Origin: Macrostomum lignano
Lineage: Eukaryota
DNA: 52,253 nucleotides
Assembly (NCBI GenBank): GCA_002269645.1
Contig: NIVC01004272.1
Location: forward strand, 1 to 52,253
Direction of reading: 5' to 3'
Shown here: in pieces, positions 1 through 11,994 of the stretch
Numbering within the stretch: the stretch's first letter is position 1
Layout: each line of letters opens with the position of its first letter
The notes under the pieces: generated by a model
What the model was told of the DNA's origin: nothing
The model's database searches: none
The model's input: the letters and a program-made list of their open reading frames with translations, nothing else
Made by a program: the position numbers and the translations under genes

Positions 1-36
1 AACAATCACAACACCAACAATTACAACTTCGGTGAA

Positions 37-1052
37 AAGGGTGAGATTCGGGGAGAAGTATAGAGGTGAGATTCGGGGAGAAGTGTAGGGGTGAGATTAG
101 GTGAAGAGTAGGGGTGAGATTCGGAGAAGTTTAGGGGTGAGATTCGGAGAAGTGTAGGGGTGAGATTCGGTGAAGAGTAGGGGTGAGATTCGGAGAAGTG
201 TAGGGGTGAGATTCGGAGAAGTGTAGGGGTGAGATTCGGGGAAGTGTAGGGGTGAGATTCGGGGAAGAGTAGGGGTGAGATTCGGGGAAGAGTAGGGGTG
301 AGATTCGGAGAAGTGTAGGGGTGAGATTCAGTGAAGAGTAGGGGTGAGATTCGGGGAAGTGTAGGGGTGAGATTCGGGGAAGTGTAGGGGTGAGATTCGG
401 TGAAGTGTAGGGGTGAGATTCGGGGAAGTGTAGGGGTGAGATTCGGTGAAGAGTAGGGGTGAGATTCGGAGAAGTGTAGGGGTGAGATTCGGAGAAGTGT
501 AGGGGTGAGATTCGGGGAAGTGTAGGGGTGAGATTCGGTGAAGAGTAGGGGTGAGATTCGGAGAAGTGTAGGGGTGAGATTCGGAGAAGTGTAGGGGTGA
601 GATTCGGGGAAGTGTAGGGGTGAGATTCGGGGAAGAGTAGGGGTGAGATTCGTGAAGAGTAGGGGTGAGATTCGGAGAAGTGTAGGGGTGAGATTCAGTG
701 AAGAGTAGGGGTGAGATTCGGGGAAGTGTAGGGGTGAGATTCGGGAAGTGTAGGGTGAGATTCGGGGTGTAGGGGTGAGATTCGAGGAAGTGTAGGGGTG
801 AGATTCGGTGAAGAGTAGGGGTGAGATTCGGAGAAGTGTAGGGGTGAGATTCAGTGAAGAGTAGGGGTGAGATTCGGAGAAGTGTAGGGGTGAGATTCGG
901 GAAGTGTAGGGGTGAGATTCGGGGAAGTGTAGGGTGAGATTCGGGGAAGTGTAGGGGTGAGATTCGGGGAAGTGTAGGGGTGAGATTCGGGGAAGAGTAG
1001 GGGTGAGATTCGGGAAGAGTAGGGTGAGATTCGGGAGAAGTGTAGGGGTGCC
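37..1052. repeat. G-rich minisatellite, ~22-23 bp unit (GGGGTGAGATTCGGAGAAGTGTA), ~45 copies, in an intron of the IleRS gene
   Basis: Direct tandem periodicity; it explains the repetitive minus-strand ORFs 328..1143 and 851..1150. Confidence 0.95.
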
Positions 1053-1183
1053 ATGTACACCGTGCGCTCAGGGGCACTGCTTGCCTGTTCTGTGGGCCTT
1101 GATCTGCGGCAGTGCCAAAGCCCTCCGCTAACTGAACTAACAATTAACAAACGGATCTCACCTCGGTCTGCTCACCCACCCAG

Positions 1184-4100
1184 AGCATTCGCTGACCAGT
1201 GCATCGCAGAGCAACGGTTGGCATTTCAGCACTGGGGCGTCCTCAGCGCGTCAGCTGAGCACTACGAGACCAAATCGCCCGGCTACGTGGCCGTCAGCTG
1301 CTGGCGTTCGACCGGCTGCACAGTCTCGGACTGGTCTATCGCAGCTTCCTGCCCGTCCACTGGTCGGACAGTTCGGCCACTGCGCTGGCCGAGGCGGAGC
1401 TCGTGTATCGGGACGATCACCGGTCGGACAGCGCCTTCGTCCTGATGCCGCTGATTCGGCTGTCCGCCGACGCGTCGGCGCCTGAGGCTCTGAGAGACTC
1501 GGGAGGGGAGCAGCAGCCGCGGCATCACCTGCTGGTTTGGACCACCACGCCGTGGACTCTGCCGGCCAACGCCGCTGTCGCTGTGGGCCCCGGCATGCGC
1601 TACTCGCTGCGCCGTCTGCCAGACGGTCGGACCGTTGTTGTCGCAGCCAGCTGGCCCGGCTTCGGTGGCGGCGGCGGCGCGGCGGCGGCGGCGGGTGGCG
1701 TCGAGCTCGGAGAACCGCTGGCCGAGTTCCCTGCCGATGCGCTGATTGGGGCGACCTACCGGCATCCGTTCAGTGTGGGTTCCGGGTGGCAAGGCTATGG
1801 ACAGTGTGGGAAGGCTATGGGACAGTGTGGGAAGGCTATGGGACAGTGTTGGAAGGCTATGGGACAGTGTGGGAAGGCTATGGGACAGTGTGGGAAGGCT
1901 ATGGGACAGTGTTGGAAGGCTATGGGACAGTGTGGGAAGGCTATGGGACAGTGTGGGAAGGCTATGGGACAGTGTGGGAAGGCTATGGGTCAGTGTGGGA
2001 AGGCTATGGGACAGTGTGGGAAGGCTATGGGTCAGTGTGGGAAGGCTATGGGACAGTGTGGGAAGGCTATGGGACAGTGTGGGAAGGCTATGGGTCAGTG
2101 TGGGAAGGCTATTGGGCAGTGTGGGAAGGCTATGGGACAGTGTGGGAAGGCTATGGGACAGTGTGGGAAGGCTATGGGACAGTGTGGGAAGGCTATGGGG
2201 CAATATGGAAAGGCCTGGGTCGATATCCTAATTCCTGCTGGCCATTAATCGCCAGGCCCCTCTTGAACCCGCAGAACGCGGAGTGCCCGGTGCTGCCATC
2301 GGATCACGTGACCGAGGACAAGGGCACCGGCCTGGTGCACGTGGCCCCGCGCACGGCCGCGAGGATTTTCAACTTGGCATCAAATTCAAACTTCCCCTCG
2401 TCTCCATGGTAACGGAGGCCGGCCGGTTCGGCGGCCCCGGCCTGTCCGAATCGCTGGAGGAGCTGAACGGCCGGCACTGCCTGACGGAGGGGTCCGGGGC
2501 CGTGCTGGACCTGCTGCGCCGGCGCAGCCTCCTGGCGCACACGGAGGCGCTGGTGCACAGCTACCCCTACGACTGGCGCACCGGCCGCCCTGTGATGCTG
2601 CGCGCCTCCAGCCAGTGGTTTCTGGACACTGCCGGCCTGCGCGACCGGGCACTAACCGCTCTGGACACTGTCCGAATTCTGCCGGACAGGGAGGCCGGCG
2701 CTATGCGGGCTTTCGTGGCCGCCCGGCCCTACTGGTGCATCAGCCGGCAGCGGGTGCACGGAGTGCCGATCCCAGTGCTGTACGACGGTGCGCTGGGGTT
2801 TGGGATAGCCGAGGTTGCCAAGTTCTGCGAACCGATTCCTTTTAATCCCATCTCATCTAATCCCTTCTGACTCCATCTAATCCATCGCACTCCATCTAAT
2901 CTCAACCCACTCCATCTAATCTCATCCCACTCCATCTAATCTCATCCCACTCCATCTAATCCTATCCCATTCCATCTAATCCTATCCCACTCCATCTGAT
3001 CCTATCCCATTACATCGAATCCTATCCCATTCCATCTAATCCAATCCCATTACATCGAATCCTATCCCATTCCATCGAATCCAATCCCATTCCATCTAAT
3101 CCCATCCCATTCCATCTGATCCCATCCCATTCCATCTAATCCTATCCCATTACATCTAATCCCATCCCATTCCATCTAATCCCATCCCATTCCATCTAAT
3201 CCTATCCCATTACATCTAATCCCATCCCACTCCATCTAATCCAATCCCATTACATCGAATCCTATCCCATTCCATCTAATCCTATCCCATTCCATCTAAT
3301 CCTATCCCACTCCATCTAATCCTATCCCATTCCATCTGATCCTATCCCATTCCATCTGATCCTATCCCATTCCATCTGATCCTATCCCATTCCATCTAAT
3401 CCCATCCCATTCCATCTAATCCTATCCCATTCCATCTAATCCTATCCCATTACATCTGATCCCATCCCAACCATCTAGTTCCATTTCAACATCTCAATCG
3501 CCTCCCACTTCGTCTAATCCCATTCCAATCCATCTAATCTCATCCCCGCGATATCCAACTTTCCCAGAGTCCACCGGCGACCCCGTCTACGACAGTCAGC
3601 TGACTCGCCGCTTCGCCGAGCACGTCGCCGAGACCGGCAGCGCCGACTCCTGGTTCGAACTCTCGGCCGATCAACTCGCCGAAAAATTCGGCAGCTCCGA
3701 GCTGCGCCATCGACGCTTGAAGAAATCTGGCGACATCTTCGACATCTGGATGGACAGCGGCCTCTCCTGGGCGGTGGCCGGCGAGGCGGGCGACCTGGAC
3801 GCTGACGGTCAGGCGTCGCTGTGCGTCGAAGGTCAGGACCAGTTCCGCGGCTGGTTCTCCAGCTCGCTGCTGCTCTCGGTGGCTCTGACTGGCCGGCCGC
3901 CTTACAAGAGCCTGGCTGTGCACGGCTTCACTGTGGACGAGACCGGCAGGAAGATGTCCAAGTCTGTTGGCAACGTGGTGGACCCGGAACAGGTGGGGAC
4001 ATGGGAGCGGGGGGTTGAGGGTGTGGGATGCTTTCACAACACCTGTCGTCTTGTCACAAGACGTGATAAGATAATCAAAAGGTTCGAGTGATTCGAAAAG

Positions 4101-7100
4101 GCAGTGTGAGATTAGACAAGGGAGGGTGAGATTAGAAAAAAGGATAAGATTAGAAAATTAAGGGGTGAGATTAGAAAACTGGGTGAGATTAGAAAACTGA
4201 GTGAGATTAGAAAACTGGGTGAGATTAGAAAACTGAGTGAGATTATAAAAGGAGAGTGAGATTAGAAGAAAAGGGAGGGTGAGATTAGAAAAGGGAGGGT
4301 GAAATTCAGGGAACGGCCAGGAGAGATTGGAGACGGGCAGGGGAGGGTGGAGGCACGGTCAGGGGAGGGTGGAGGCACGGTCAGGGGAGGATGGAGACAC
4401 GGTCAGGGAGGATGGAGACACGGTCAGGGGAGGGTGGAGACACGGGCAGGGGAGGGTGGAGACACGGGCAGGGGAGGGTGGAGACACGGGCAGGGGAGGG
4501 TGGAGACACGGGCAGGGGAGGGTGGAGACACGGGCAGGGGAGGGTGGAGACACGGGCAGGGGAGGGTGGAGACACGGGCAGGGGAGGGTGGAGACACGGG
4601 CAGGGGAGGGTGGAGACACGGGCAGGGGAGGGTGGAGACACGGGCAGGTGAGGATGGAGACACGGGCAGGGAGGATGGAGACACGGGCAGGGGAGGGTGG
4701 AGACACGGGCAGGGAGGATGGAGACACGGGCAGGGGAGGGTGGAGACACGGGCAGGGGAGGGTGGAGACACGGGCAGGGAGGATGGAGACACGGGCAGGG
4801 GAGGGTGGAGACACGGGCAGGGGAGGGTGGAGACACGGGCAGGGGAGGGTGGAGACACGGGCAGGTGAGGATGGAGACACGGGCAGGTGAGGATGGAGAC
4901 ACGGGCAGGGGAGGGTGGAGACACGGGCAGGGGAGGATGGAGACACGGGCAGGGGAGGATGGAGACACGGGCAGGGGAGGGTGGAGACACGGGCAGGGAG
5001 GGTGGAGACACGGGCAGGGAGGGTGGAGGCACGGTCAGGGGAGGATGGAGACACGGTCAGGGGAGGATGGAGACACGGGCAGGGGAGGGTGGAGACACGG
5101 GCAGGGGAGGGTGGAGACACGGGCAGGGGAGGGTGGAGACACGGGCAGGTGAGGATGGAGACACGGGCAGGGGAGGGTGGAGACACGGGCAGGTGAGGAT
5201 GGAGACACGGGCAGGGGAGGGTGGAGACACGGGCAGGGGAGGGTGGAGGCACGGTCAGGGGAGGATGGAGACACGGTCAGGGGAGGATGGAGACACGGGC
5301 AGGGGAGGATGGAGACACGGGCAGGGGAGGGTGGAGACACGGGCAGGGGAGGGTGGAGGCACGGGCAGGGGAGGGTGGAGACACGGGCAGGGGAGGGTGG
5401 AGGCACGGTCAGGGGAGGATGGAGACACGGGCAGGGGAGGATGGAGACACGGTCAGGGGAGGATGGAGACACGGGCAGGGGAGGGTGGAGACATGGGCAG
5501 GGGAAGATGTGATCTTGCATAAATAGCTGATAGCTAAGAAGGCTTAGTTTTTAGGAGAAAGGGATTTGTTTGTTTTCCCTTTGTGTTTCCAGCCTCCGAC
5601 AGCGCAAGTTTTCTGTTTCAAAAGAATAAGTCTCTCTTTTGAGCCCGCCTTTTTTCATTTCCCGTCTTCCTTTTTAGGTGCGGAATCCCGCGTTTGTGCC
5701 TTGTGTCTATCATTTCGAGTGTCTGCAAAATCTCCTTTGGCGCTTCAGTGCTTTTTGAAAGCTTTTTTCTATTTCCGTTTTGACTGAATTCAATTAATTT
5801 TTTTTCGAATCTCTTCCTAAAAGCATCTTTAAGTAATTCTTCATCATTCTACTGAATAATTCGGGATCCCAATATCCGCCCGGTCATCTACCTCACAGTC
5901 TACCCCAATATCCGCCCGGTCATCTACCTCACAGTCTACCCCAATATCCGCCGGTCATCTACCCCACTGTTTACCCCAATATCCGCCCGGTCATCTACCC
6001 CACTGTCTACCCCAATATCCGCCCGGTCATCTACCTCACAGTCTACCCCATTATCCGCCCGGTTATCTACCTCACAGTTTACCCCAATATCCGCCCGGTC
6101 ATCTACCTCACAGTCTACCCCAATATCCGCCCGGTCATCTACCTCACAGTCTACCCCAATATCCGCCCGGTCATCTACCCCACTGTCTACCCCAATATCC
6201 GCCCGGTCATCTACCCCACTGTCTACCCCAATATCCGCCCGGTTATCTACCCCATTGTCTACCCCAATATCCAGCTGGTCATCTACCCCATTGTCTACCC
6301 CAATATCCAGCCGGTCATCTACCCCACTGTCTACCCCAGTATCTGCCCGGTCATCTACCCCACTGTCTACCCCAATATCCACCCGTCCAACCCACTGCCC
6401 AGGTGATCCTCCGTCACGGGCCCGACGGTCTCCGCTACTGGGCTGCCAGCGCCGGCCTCGCCGTCAGACCGGAGATCGGCGACCGGCTTCTGGCCGCCGC
6501 CGACGGCCACGTCAAGCGGCTGCGCAGCCACCTGCGCTTTCTGCTCGGCTGCGTGTCCGACCTGCCTCTGTCCGAGACTGTCCGAACGGCTATCTGCCAT
6601 CCGGCAGATGCCGGCTATCTCGCCCTGCTCGCCGACTTCGTCCGCTCGATCGAGGCCGCCTTCGACGCCTGCGACACCGGCGCCGTGTGCCGCCAGCTGG
6701 AGCAGCTGCTGTCGCAGGCGGCCGGACCCTACCTGGCGGCCGTGAAGCACCGGCTCTACTGCTTCCCAGCCGACAGTCCCGACCGGCGCTCCGCCCAGGC
6801 TGCCCTGTGGCAGTCGCTGCGGGCAATCACCATGGCAACCGCTCCGGTACTGCCGCATCTGGCCGAGGAGGTCTACGCCGCTCTCCCAGTCGACGGATTC
6901 GGCGGCCGGCCGGCCGAGTCACCGACCAGCGTCTGTCTGGAGGCCTGGCAGTTCCCTGACCTGTCGGACAGCTCGGACAGTCGGACACTGCTCGGCCGGC
7001 AGCTGCTGGCCCTGTTCCGCCTGCGCTCGGCCGCTTTCGCCGGCTCTGACGAGTTCGCCCAGGCCGCCTCGGCCGCCGCCCGGCTGTCGCTGGCGCCGCT

Positions 7101-7479
7101 GAGTGCCGGCTGGGAGCTCCTGCTGGCCAACGACGCGTTGCCATGGCGACCAGAGGCCAAGGAGGATCCTCGATTCGGCCGGCTGGCCGAGACACTGCGC
7201 TGCTCGTCCGTCCGGGTCGTCCGGGCTACCGAATTCGAGTCGCTGCGGGCGGCCGATCGGCGAGTGCTGACCGACTGCGACCTCGGCGACGTCGGCGTGC
7301 TGGTCGAGGAGGTCCGGCCCGACGTCTCCAGCGACTGCCCGCGCTGCCGCCGCCGCGTGGCCAAAGCTTCGGCCGGCGACACCTGCGGCGACGACGAACT
7401 GTGCCAGCAGTGCGCCGACTTCCTGCTGGACGGCTGGGCCTCTGACGCCGAGTCCAGCGAGACGGCGACGCGGCGATGA
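1184..7479 (+). CDS. IARS2: Isoleucyl-tRNA synthetase, mitochondrial (bacterial type 1-like), 5'-incomplete. Exons 1184-1774, 2275-2787, 3568-3992, 6403-7479. Two apparent 1-bp deletions at ~1292 and ~2345-2348.
   Basis: IleRS motifs in order: TALAEAEL, WTTTPWTLPAN, GTGLVHVAPAHG.EDF (after frame repair), HSYPYDWRT, WCISRQR, DIFDIWMDSG, EGQDQFRGWF, KMSKS at 3951-3965, GPDGLRYW, and C-terminal CPRC..C..C zinc finger. Introns 1775-2274, 2788-3567 and 3993-6402 are GT-AG with matching phases. The HIGH motif is not in the window. Intact gene with assembly errors versus pseudogene cannot be decided. Confidence 0.9.
1790..2215. repeat. 21-bp minisatellite (GGAAGGCTATGGGACAGTGTG), ~20 copies, filling IleRS intron 1775-2274
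   Basis: Tandem periodicity; gives 7-aa repeat ORFs in several frames. Confidence 0.95.
2850..3540. repeat. C/T-rich ~20-bp minisatellite (ATCCCATTCCATCTAATCCT) in IleRS intron 2788-3567
   Basis: Tandem periodicity built from 5-mer subunits. Confidence 0.93.
4110..4300. repeat. Short degenerate ~20-bp repeat (GGGTGAGATTAGAAAACT-like)
   Basis: About 9 recurrences of GTGAGATTAG; shares the GGTGAGATT core with the 37-1052 array. Confidence 0.75.
4327..5500. repeat. Purine-rich 22-bp minisatellite (GGAGACACGGGCAGGGGAGGGT), ~53 copies, G-quadruplex-prone
   Basis: Tandem periodicity; explains all METRAG/GGWRHG and PPSPARV ORFs. Confidence 0.95.
5868..6385. repeat. 36-bp minisatellite (CCCCAATATCCGCCCGGTCATCTACCTCACAGTCTA), ~14 copies, ending just before the last IleRS exon
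   Basis: Tandem periodicity; 12-aa repeat in the minus ORF 5936..6382. Confidence 0.95.
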
Positions 7480-7484
7480 TCAAC

Positions 7485-8065
7485 TGATTTCCCATCCACC
7501 CCCTGAACCTTCAGGCTGATTTCCCATCCACCCCCTGAACCTTCAGGCTGATTCCCCATCTAATCCCCTGCATCTTCAGGCCGATTCCCCATCCACCCCT
7601 GAACCTTCAGGCTGATTCCCCATCCACCCCCTGAACCTTCAGGCTGATTTCCCATCCACCCCCTGAACCTTCAGGCTGATTTCCCATCCACCCCCTGAAC
7701 CTTCAGGCTGATTTCCCATCCACCCCCTGAACCTTCAGGCTGATTTCCCATCCACCCCTGAACCTTCAGGCTGATTTCCCATCCACCCCCTGAACCTTCA
7801 GGCTGATTTACCATCTAATCCTCTGAACCTTCAGGCTGATTCCCCATTTTATCCCCTGCACCTTCATGCCGATTCCCCATCCACCCCCTGAACCTTCATG
7901 CCGATTCCCCATCCACCCCCTGAACCTTCATGCCGATTCCCCATCCACCCCCTGAACTTTCAGGCTGATTCCCCATTTTATCCCCTGCACCTTCAGGCCG
8001 ATTCCCCATCCACCCCCTGAACCTTCAGGCTGATTCCCCATCTAATTCCCTGCACCTTCAGGCTT
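7485..8065. repeat. ~32-bp minisatellite (CTGATTTCCCATCCACCCCCTGAACCTTCAGG) starting right after the IleRS stop codon
   Basis: Tandem periodicity, ~18 copies. Confidence 0.93.
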
Positions 8066-8439
8066 TATTCCAGGATGCTACACCTAGAATTCAAGCCTGT
8101 AGCTGGCAGTTGATGGGACAAAATTGTTGCAGTTAGAGATTGCTTTTTTACTCAAATTTATTGTTAACTTCCAAATAAAAGTGCGCAGTCAGTTTTAAGT
8201 TTTACAAATAAAAAATCCGTTTTGCTTTGTTGAGCATAGATTGATTTTGCACTTTAAAACTGATTTTGCAATATCGATTAAAAGGCTTAATGGCCGCTCC
8301 GTTTTTAATTTAATCGGGTATTTATCCTTGCTAAAATGGAAAAGGTATTACAGTGTGTAGTTTTTAATTGAACAGATTATTAACTGCAGAACAACTACAG
8401 TGTATCAGGGCGGGATCCCCCTAATCCCCTCACCCTGAC

Positions 8440-8855
8440 AATTTTTTTTGCTGCGCCGGAACGTAGCAACGCAGGCACACGAAATTCAACAACAGGGGCA
8501 AACTGTCGAGATATTCAACGATTCTTCTAGAAGAGGTCGGATTTTTCCATAAGCGCCAGCGTATTCAGTACACCCCTGTGCGCCAGTCAGCACTGCGCCT
8601 CACTGCAGCCTTGCCAAGCCTCCAAATTTCATCAGCACGCCGACCACATGTGTCTGCATCAGCCCTAACTTCGTTGGTCACTGGCCTTCACCCAGGCGGA
8701 GCTTCTGGACCTTCAACAGCTGGCACCAGGGGACTATAGACATCCTGTTTCTTAAGTCTCTCGATCTAATTTCGCTGATCAAGCCTCGACAGTGGGCAAA
8801 TCTCAAATGCTGGACATCCTCAGCTGGTCTGTGAAGCATTCCGTCATCACCCCGT
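8440..8855 (+). repeat. Solo copy of a dispersed ~450-bp repeat family (same family as both arms at 14088-15310)
   Basis: Shares long runs with 14100-14550, e.g. TTTTGCTGCGCCGGAAC, GCAACGCAGGCACACGAAATTC, CCTTCACCCAGGCGGAGCTTCTGGACCTTC; it lacks a ~55-bp internal segment. Confidence 0.85.
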
Positions 8856-10294
8856 GCTCACAAGTTTATCCAGCCAGTGATACACGAGCTGCTACCGGAG
8901 ACCGGCGGGCAAGCAAAGTTTCCGGTGGAATTTCAGCTGTTCCTGTCTATTTAGTGTATTTTTTCTAGAGCAGAAAAGGGCTTCTAGCGGGGGGATTTTA
9001 TAGTCTTTGTTGTGTGACGTCATGCACCCTCAAACGATTCTAATCGTCCGGCTTGTACACTGTCTGTGCCTTGGAGGGTTGGCACAAGCCCCAAATGAAT
9101 GAATGCGCTTGCGCACGAATTCGAACCAAGCTGGGTGCTTTGGTGCGATCGCGTGTAAATTAAAAGCATCCTTTACTGGTGATCATTGCCAAAATAGGCT
9201 TGTCCCGTGTGGCGTCTGCCGCAGGTGCGTAGAGAGCATTTTTAAGAAATCTTTTGTAATCTTTTTAAAATTGAGGACGTCAAATGCTGCAGAAATTTTT
9301 TGGGGACCAATTTTCTGCTTCTGCAGCTGCTCAGCTTCGATGACGCAAACAATTAATTGCATCCCGAAATTTCATCTCACCCTGGGGAGGGAGAACACGC
9401 TTGGCTGTAAGTGGTGTCTTTGGGAATTACCTGAAGTAGTCGAGAGAAAGCTTAGCAAAGTAGCTCTTGAAGGCAGAATTTCTGGTCCAAAAAATTGCGT
9501 TAGTGAATCCCATCCAGGCGATTTTTGTCACATTTTCCTGCAATCAATGATTGATTTCAACCGCTGGAAACTAGCAAAGTTCGTCCTACGTACTTCCAAA
9601 GCCGTGCTTCCTCTTCTGCTCTGTGCTTTATGCTTCATTTTCCATGATGCAAAACCTCTCAGGCGGATGCCAGTGGAACTGCATCTTAATCCTCCGGTCC
9701 AGATGCTATAATAAAGAAGTCCATGGCAACCCAGTGGAGCTCCAACTTTGGCTATAGACAACGTGAAAGTGAAAGTAAAAACACTATTGAAGATGATTGG
9801 TAGTGTCTAAATAGTGGAGTAGTGTGTAAATAAAAATGAGAAATGCCCAAATTAATTCTAATGCTTTAGGTTACGTTACTAGGACGGAGCAGTTTCCGCC
9901 TCACATCCGGGTAGACCGTATTCGTCAGAAAACCGGATTGGAGAGCTGCACGAAATTTTCGGCTTAATCCTCTGATTGATTGTCTAAGCACGAAGTGCTT
10001 TCGGGATATTCGTTACTTTTGTCCTTTGCGCGACCCGCTTCGTGCTTGATGTAGCGGTTGGTTCCTTCCTTTTTGAGACTTGAGTCCCCAGGATGACGGT
10101 CCGGTTCTCGATTCGTTACAGTTCTGTGCGAAATCGCGTGTTACGCTCGCGCTGTCTGCGCAACAGTTCACGTAGGTGGCGCGGGCCCCGGCCGCCTTCG
10201 CTACCCAGACAACCCTCTACCTCATCTCTGCCAAATAGAATCTCTTTGAGAGCTCCTCAGCCTCATCATCCCCACCTGTGCGCATCTGCGCGTG

Positions 10295-10302
10295 TATAAA
10301 AG
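10295..10302 (+). promoter_or_regulatory. Candidate TATA box (TATAAAAG) for the GPCR gene
   Basis: Canonical TATAAAAG ~130 bp upstream of the proposed ATG at 10432. Confidence 0.4.
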
Positions 10303-10431
10303 ACAAGAGGATTCAACTCTCCTAAGGAAGCAAACCCACAAAAACTGGTCGGACTAATAACTAACCAAAGTCTTCTGCAAGCTCGACATTCGAAAGGAAA
10401 AAGGCACTTCCGGCAGCTGGAAAAGGACAAA

Positions 10432-11986
10432 ATGAGTAAGTGCGCGCAACCTTTTAAGTTCGTCCTTTAACACACACCTTTCACTGCGGCACTTTGAGCC
10501 CAAGGAACACGAGAGGCTGTAGCACGAGTTCTAATAGAACTGATCAGGACCGGTCAGGTGAACGCGTATGACTGCAAACGCGCCACACACTGCTCGGGTT
10601 AAATTTTGGTTTTGAGTACGAAAATGGAGGTCAAGGCTGCTGCTGTGTGTTTTTTTGGCTTTGAATTGTGTGAGTTGCAGATGATATTGAGATGATAACA
10701 GCGAAAAACCATTTCGACAAAAATGCAATCGAGAGGTAGAGCAAAATCATCATTGGGTTGAGTTCAAAACTGGTTTCAAGAAGCCACGTGTACTACACCT
10801 GGCTCCCTCAGACGGGTTCACCGCCAACAAATCCAGCACCGAGGCTGCGACGGACTCGCCGTGGTCTTCCCTCGGGACTGTCCTGCTGCTTCCCGGAATC
10901 CAGACGGCGTTGAAGGTGTTCACTGACTACATACTCATCGTGAACGGCCTGCTCGGCGTAGTGAACAACTTCGCCGCCGCGACGATCTTCACTCTGTTCT
11001 ACTCCAAGTTCCCGCCCTCCTGCCTGTACTTTCTGGTCCTGTCCGTGAGCGACTTCGTGTCCTCCTGGCTCCTCTGCATCTTCAACTGGACTGCTGCGGC
11101 ACTGCGGAACTTCGACTTCGCTGGCTTCGACGTGTTCACCCAGAGCTTGCTGGGCTGCAGAGTGCTGCGCTACCTGCAGATGATCAGCCAGAGCCTCGGC
11201 GCCTACGTCATGGTCGTGCTGTCCTTCGAGCGGGCGGCCTGCCTCCTCTCCCCGGTTCGCTTCATCCGCTTCTTCACCGCCCGGCGCCGCATCGCCACGG
11301 TTGGCTGCGTCGTCTTCGTGTCCGCTCTGGTGTGGACGCAGGTCTTCGTCGCCTTCGAGATTCGGTCGCGATTCGTGAACGGCTCACTGATCGGCTGCTA
11401 CCCGAGCTTGCGCCTGCCGATCGAGTTCAGCCTGGCCTTCAACTACCAGATGATCTTCATCAACTACACCGTGCCAGCGTTTCTCATTCTGGCCGGGAAC
11501 GTCGCCGCTCTCGTCGGCTACCAGCTCAACCGACTGCGGCAGCAGCAGGAGCAGCGCGGGTCCAACGTTGATTCGGACGTCAAGATCACCATGGTGATGC
11601 TCTCGCTGCAGTACCTGACGCTGAATCTGCCCTACTCGGTGAGCTGGCCAATGTTCTCAATTCTGAAATTCTACGGCTACGAGCTGTCCAACCCGAGCCT
11701 GTTCTACAACGTGTCCAGCATCAACATGCTCTTCATGGTGGTGGCCTATATCAACCTGTCCATCAATTTCTATTTCTACCTGTTCAAGGTGCGTCGATTC
11801 AAACGCTACCTGTTCAGAGTTATTGTAGCCATCGTCTGCTGCCGTCGTCGAAGCGGTGCGCCCGCCGACTTCGGGATGTCGTCCAGTGCGGCTGGCAGGC
11901 AGAAGCAGCAGCAGAGATCGACAACAGCTGCCGCTGTCACGTCTGCCGCCCCTGCCGCTGGCAGTCACGAATTGGCCAAGTTTTGA
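10432..11986 (+). CDS. Orphan rhodopsin-like (class A) GPCR, peptide-receptor-like; model join(10432..10435,10812..11986)
   Basis: Seven hydrophobic segments. TM2 VLSVSD, Cys atop TM3 (GCRVL), TM3 SFERA in place of DRY, ECL2 Cys, TM6 LNLPY, TM7 NLSINFYFY. The frame is open from 10691 with no in-frame ATG. ATG-A|GTAAGT at 10432-10441 spliced to CCCTCAG|AC at 10811 gives MNGFTANKSS with an N-glycosylation sequon. Confidence 0.85.
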
Positions 11987-11994
11987 GATTGGCC

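Noticed and set aside
1281-2350. Programmed -1 ribosomal frameshifting in IleRS
   Set aside because: No X XXY YYZ slippery heptamer at either site; simple C-run deletions explain both.
328-5522. Long repetitive ORFs (HPYTSPNL, GQCGKAM, METRAGEGG, PPSPARV) as repeat proteins
   Set aside because: They are open in several frames and on both strands only because the units lack stops, and they lie in phase-consistent introns.
1184-7479. Horizontally acquired bacterial IleRS
   Set aside because: It has spliceosomal introns, and the type 1 C-terminal zinc finger is expected for the mitochondrial enzyme.
9103-9711. 202-aa ORF
   Set aside because: No recognisable motif, non-coding-like composition compared with the real GC-rich exons, and no convincing splice context.
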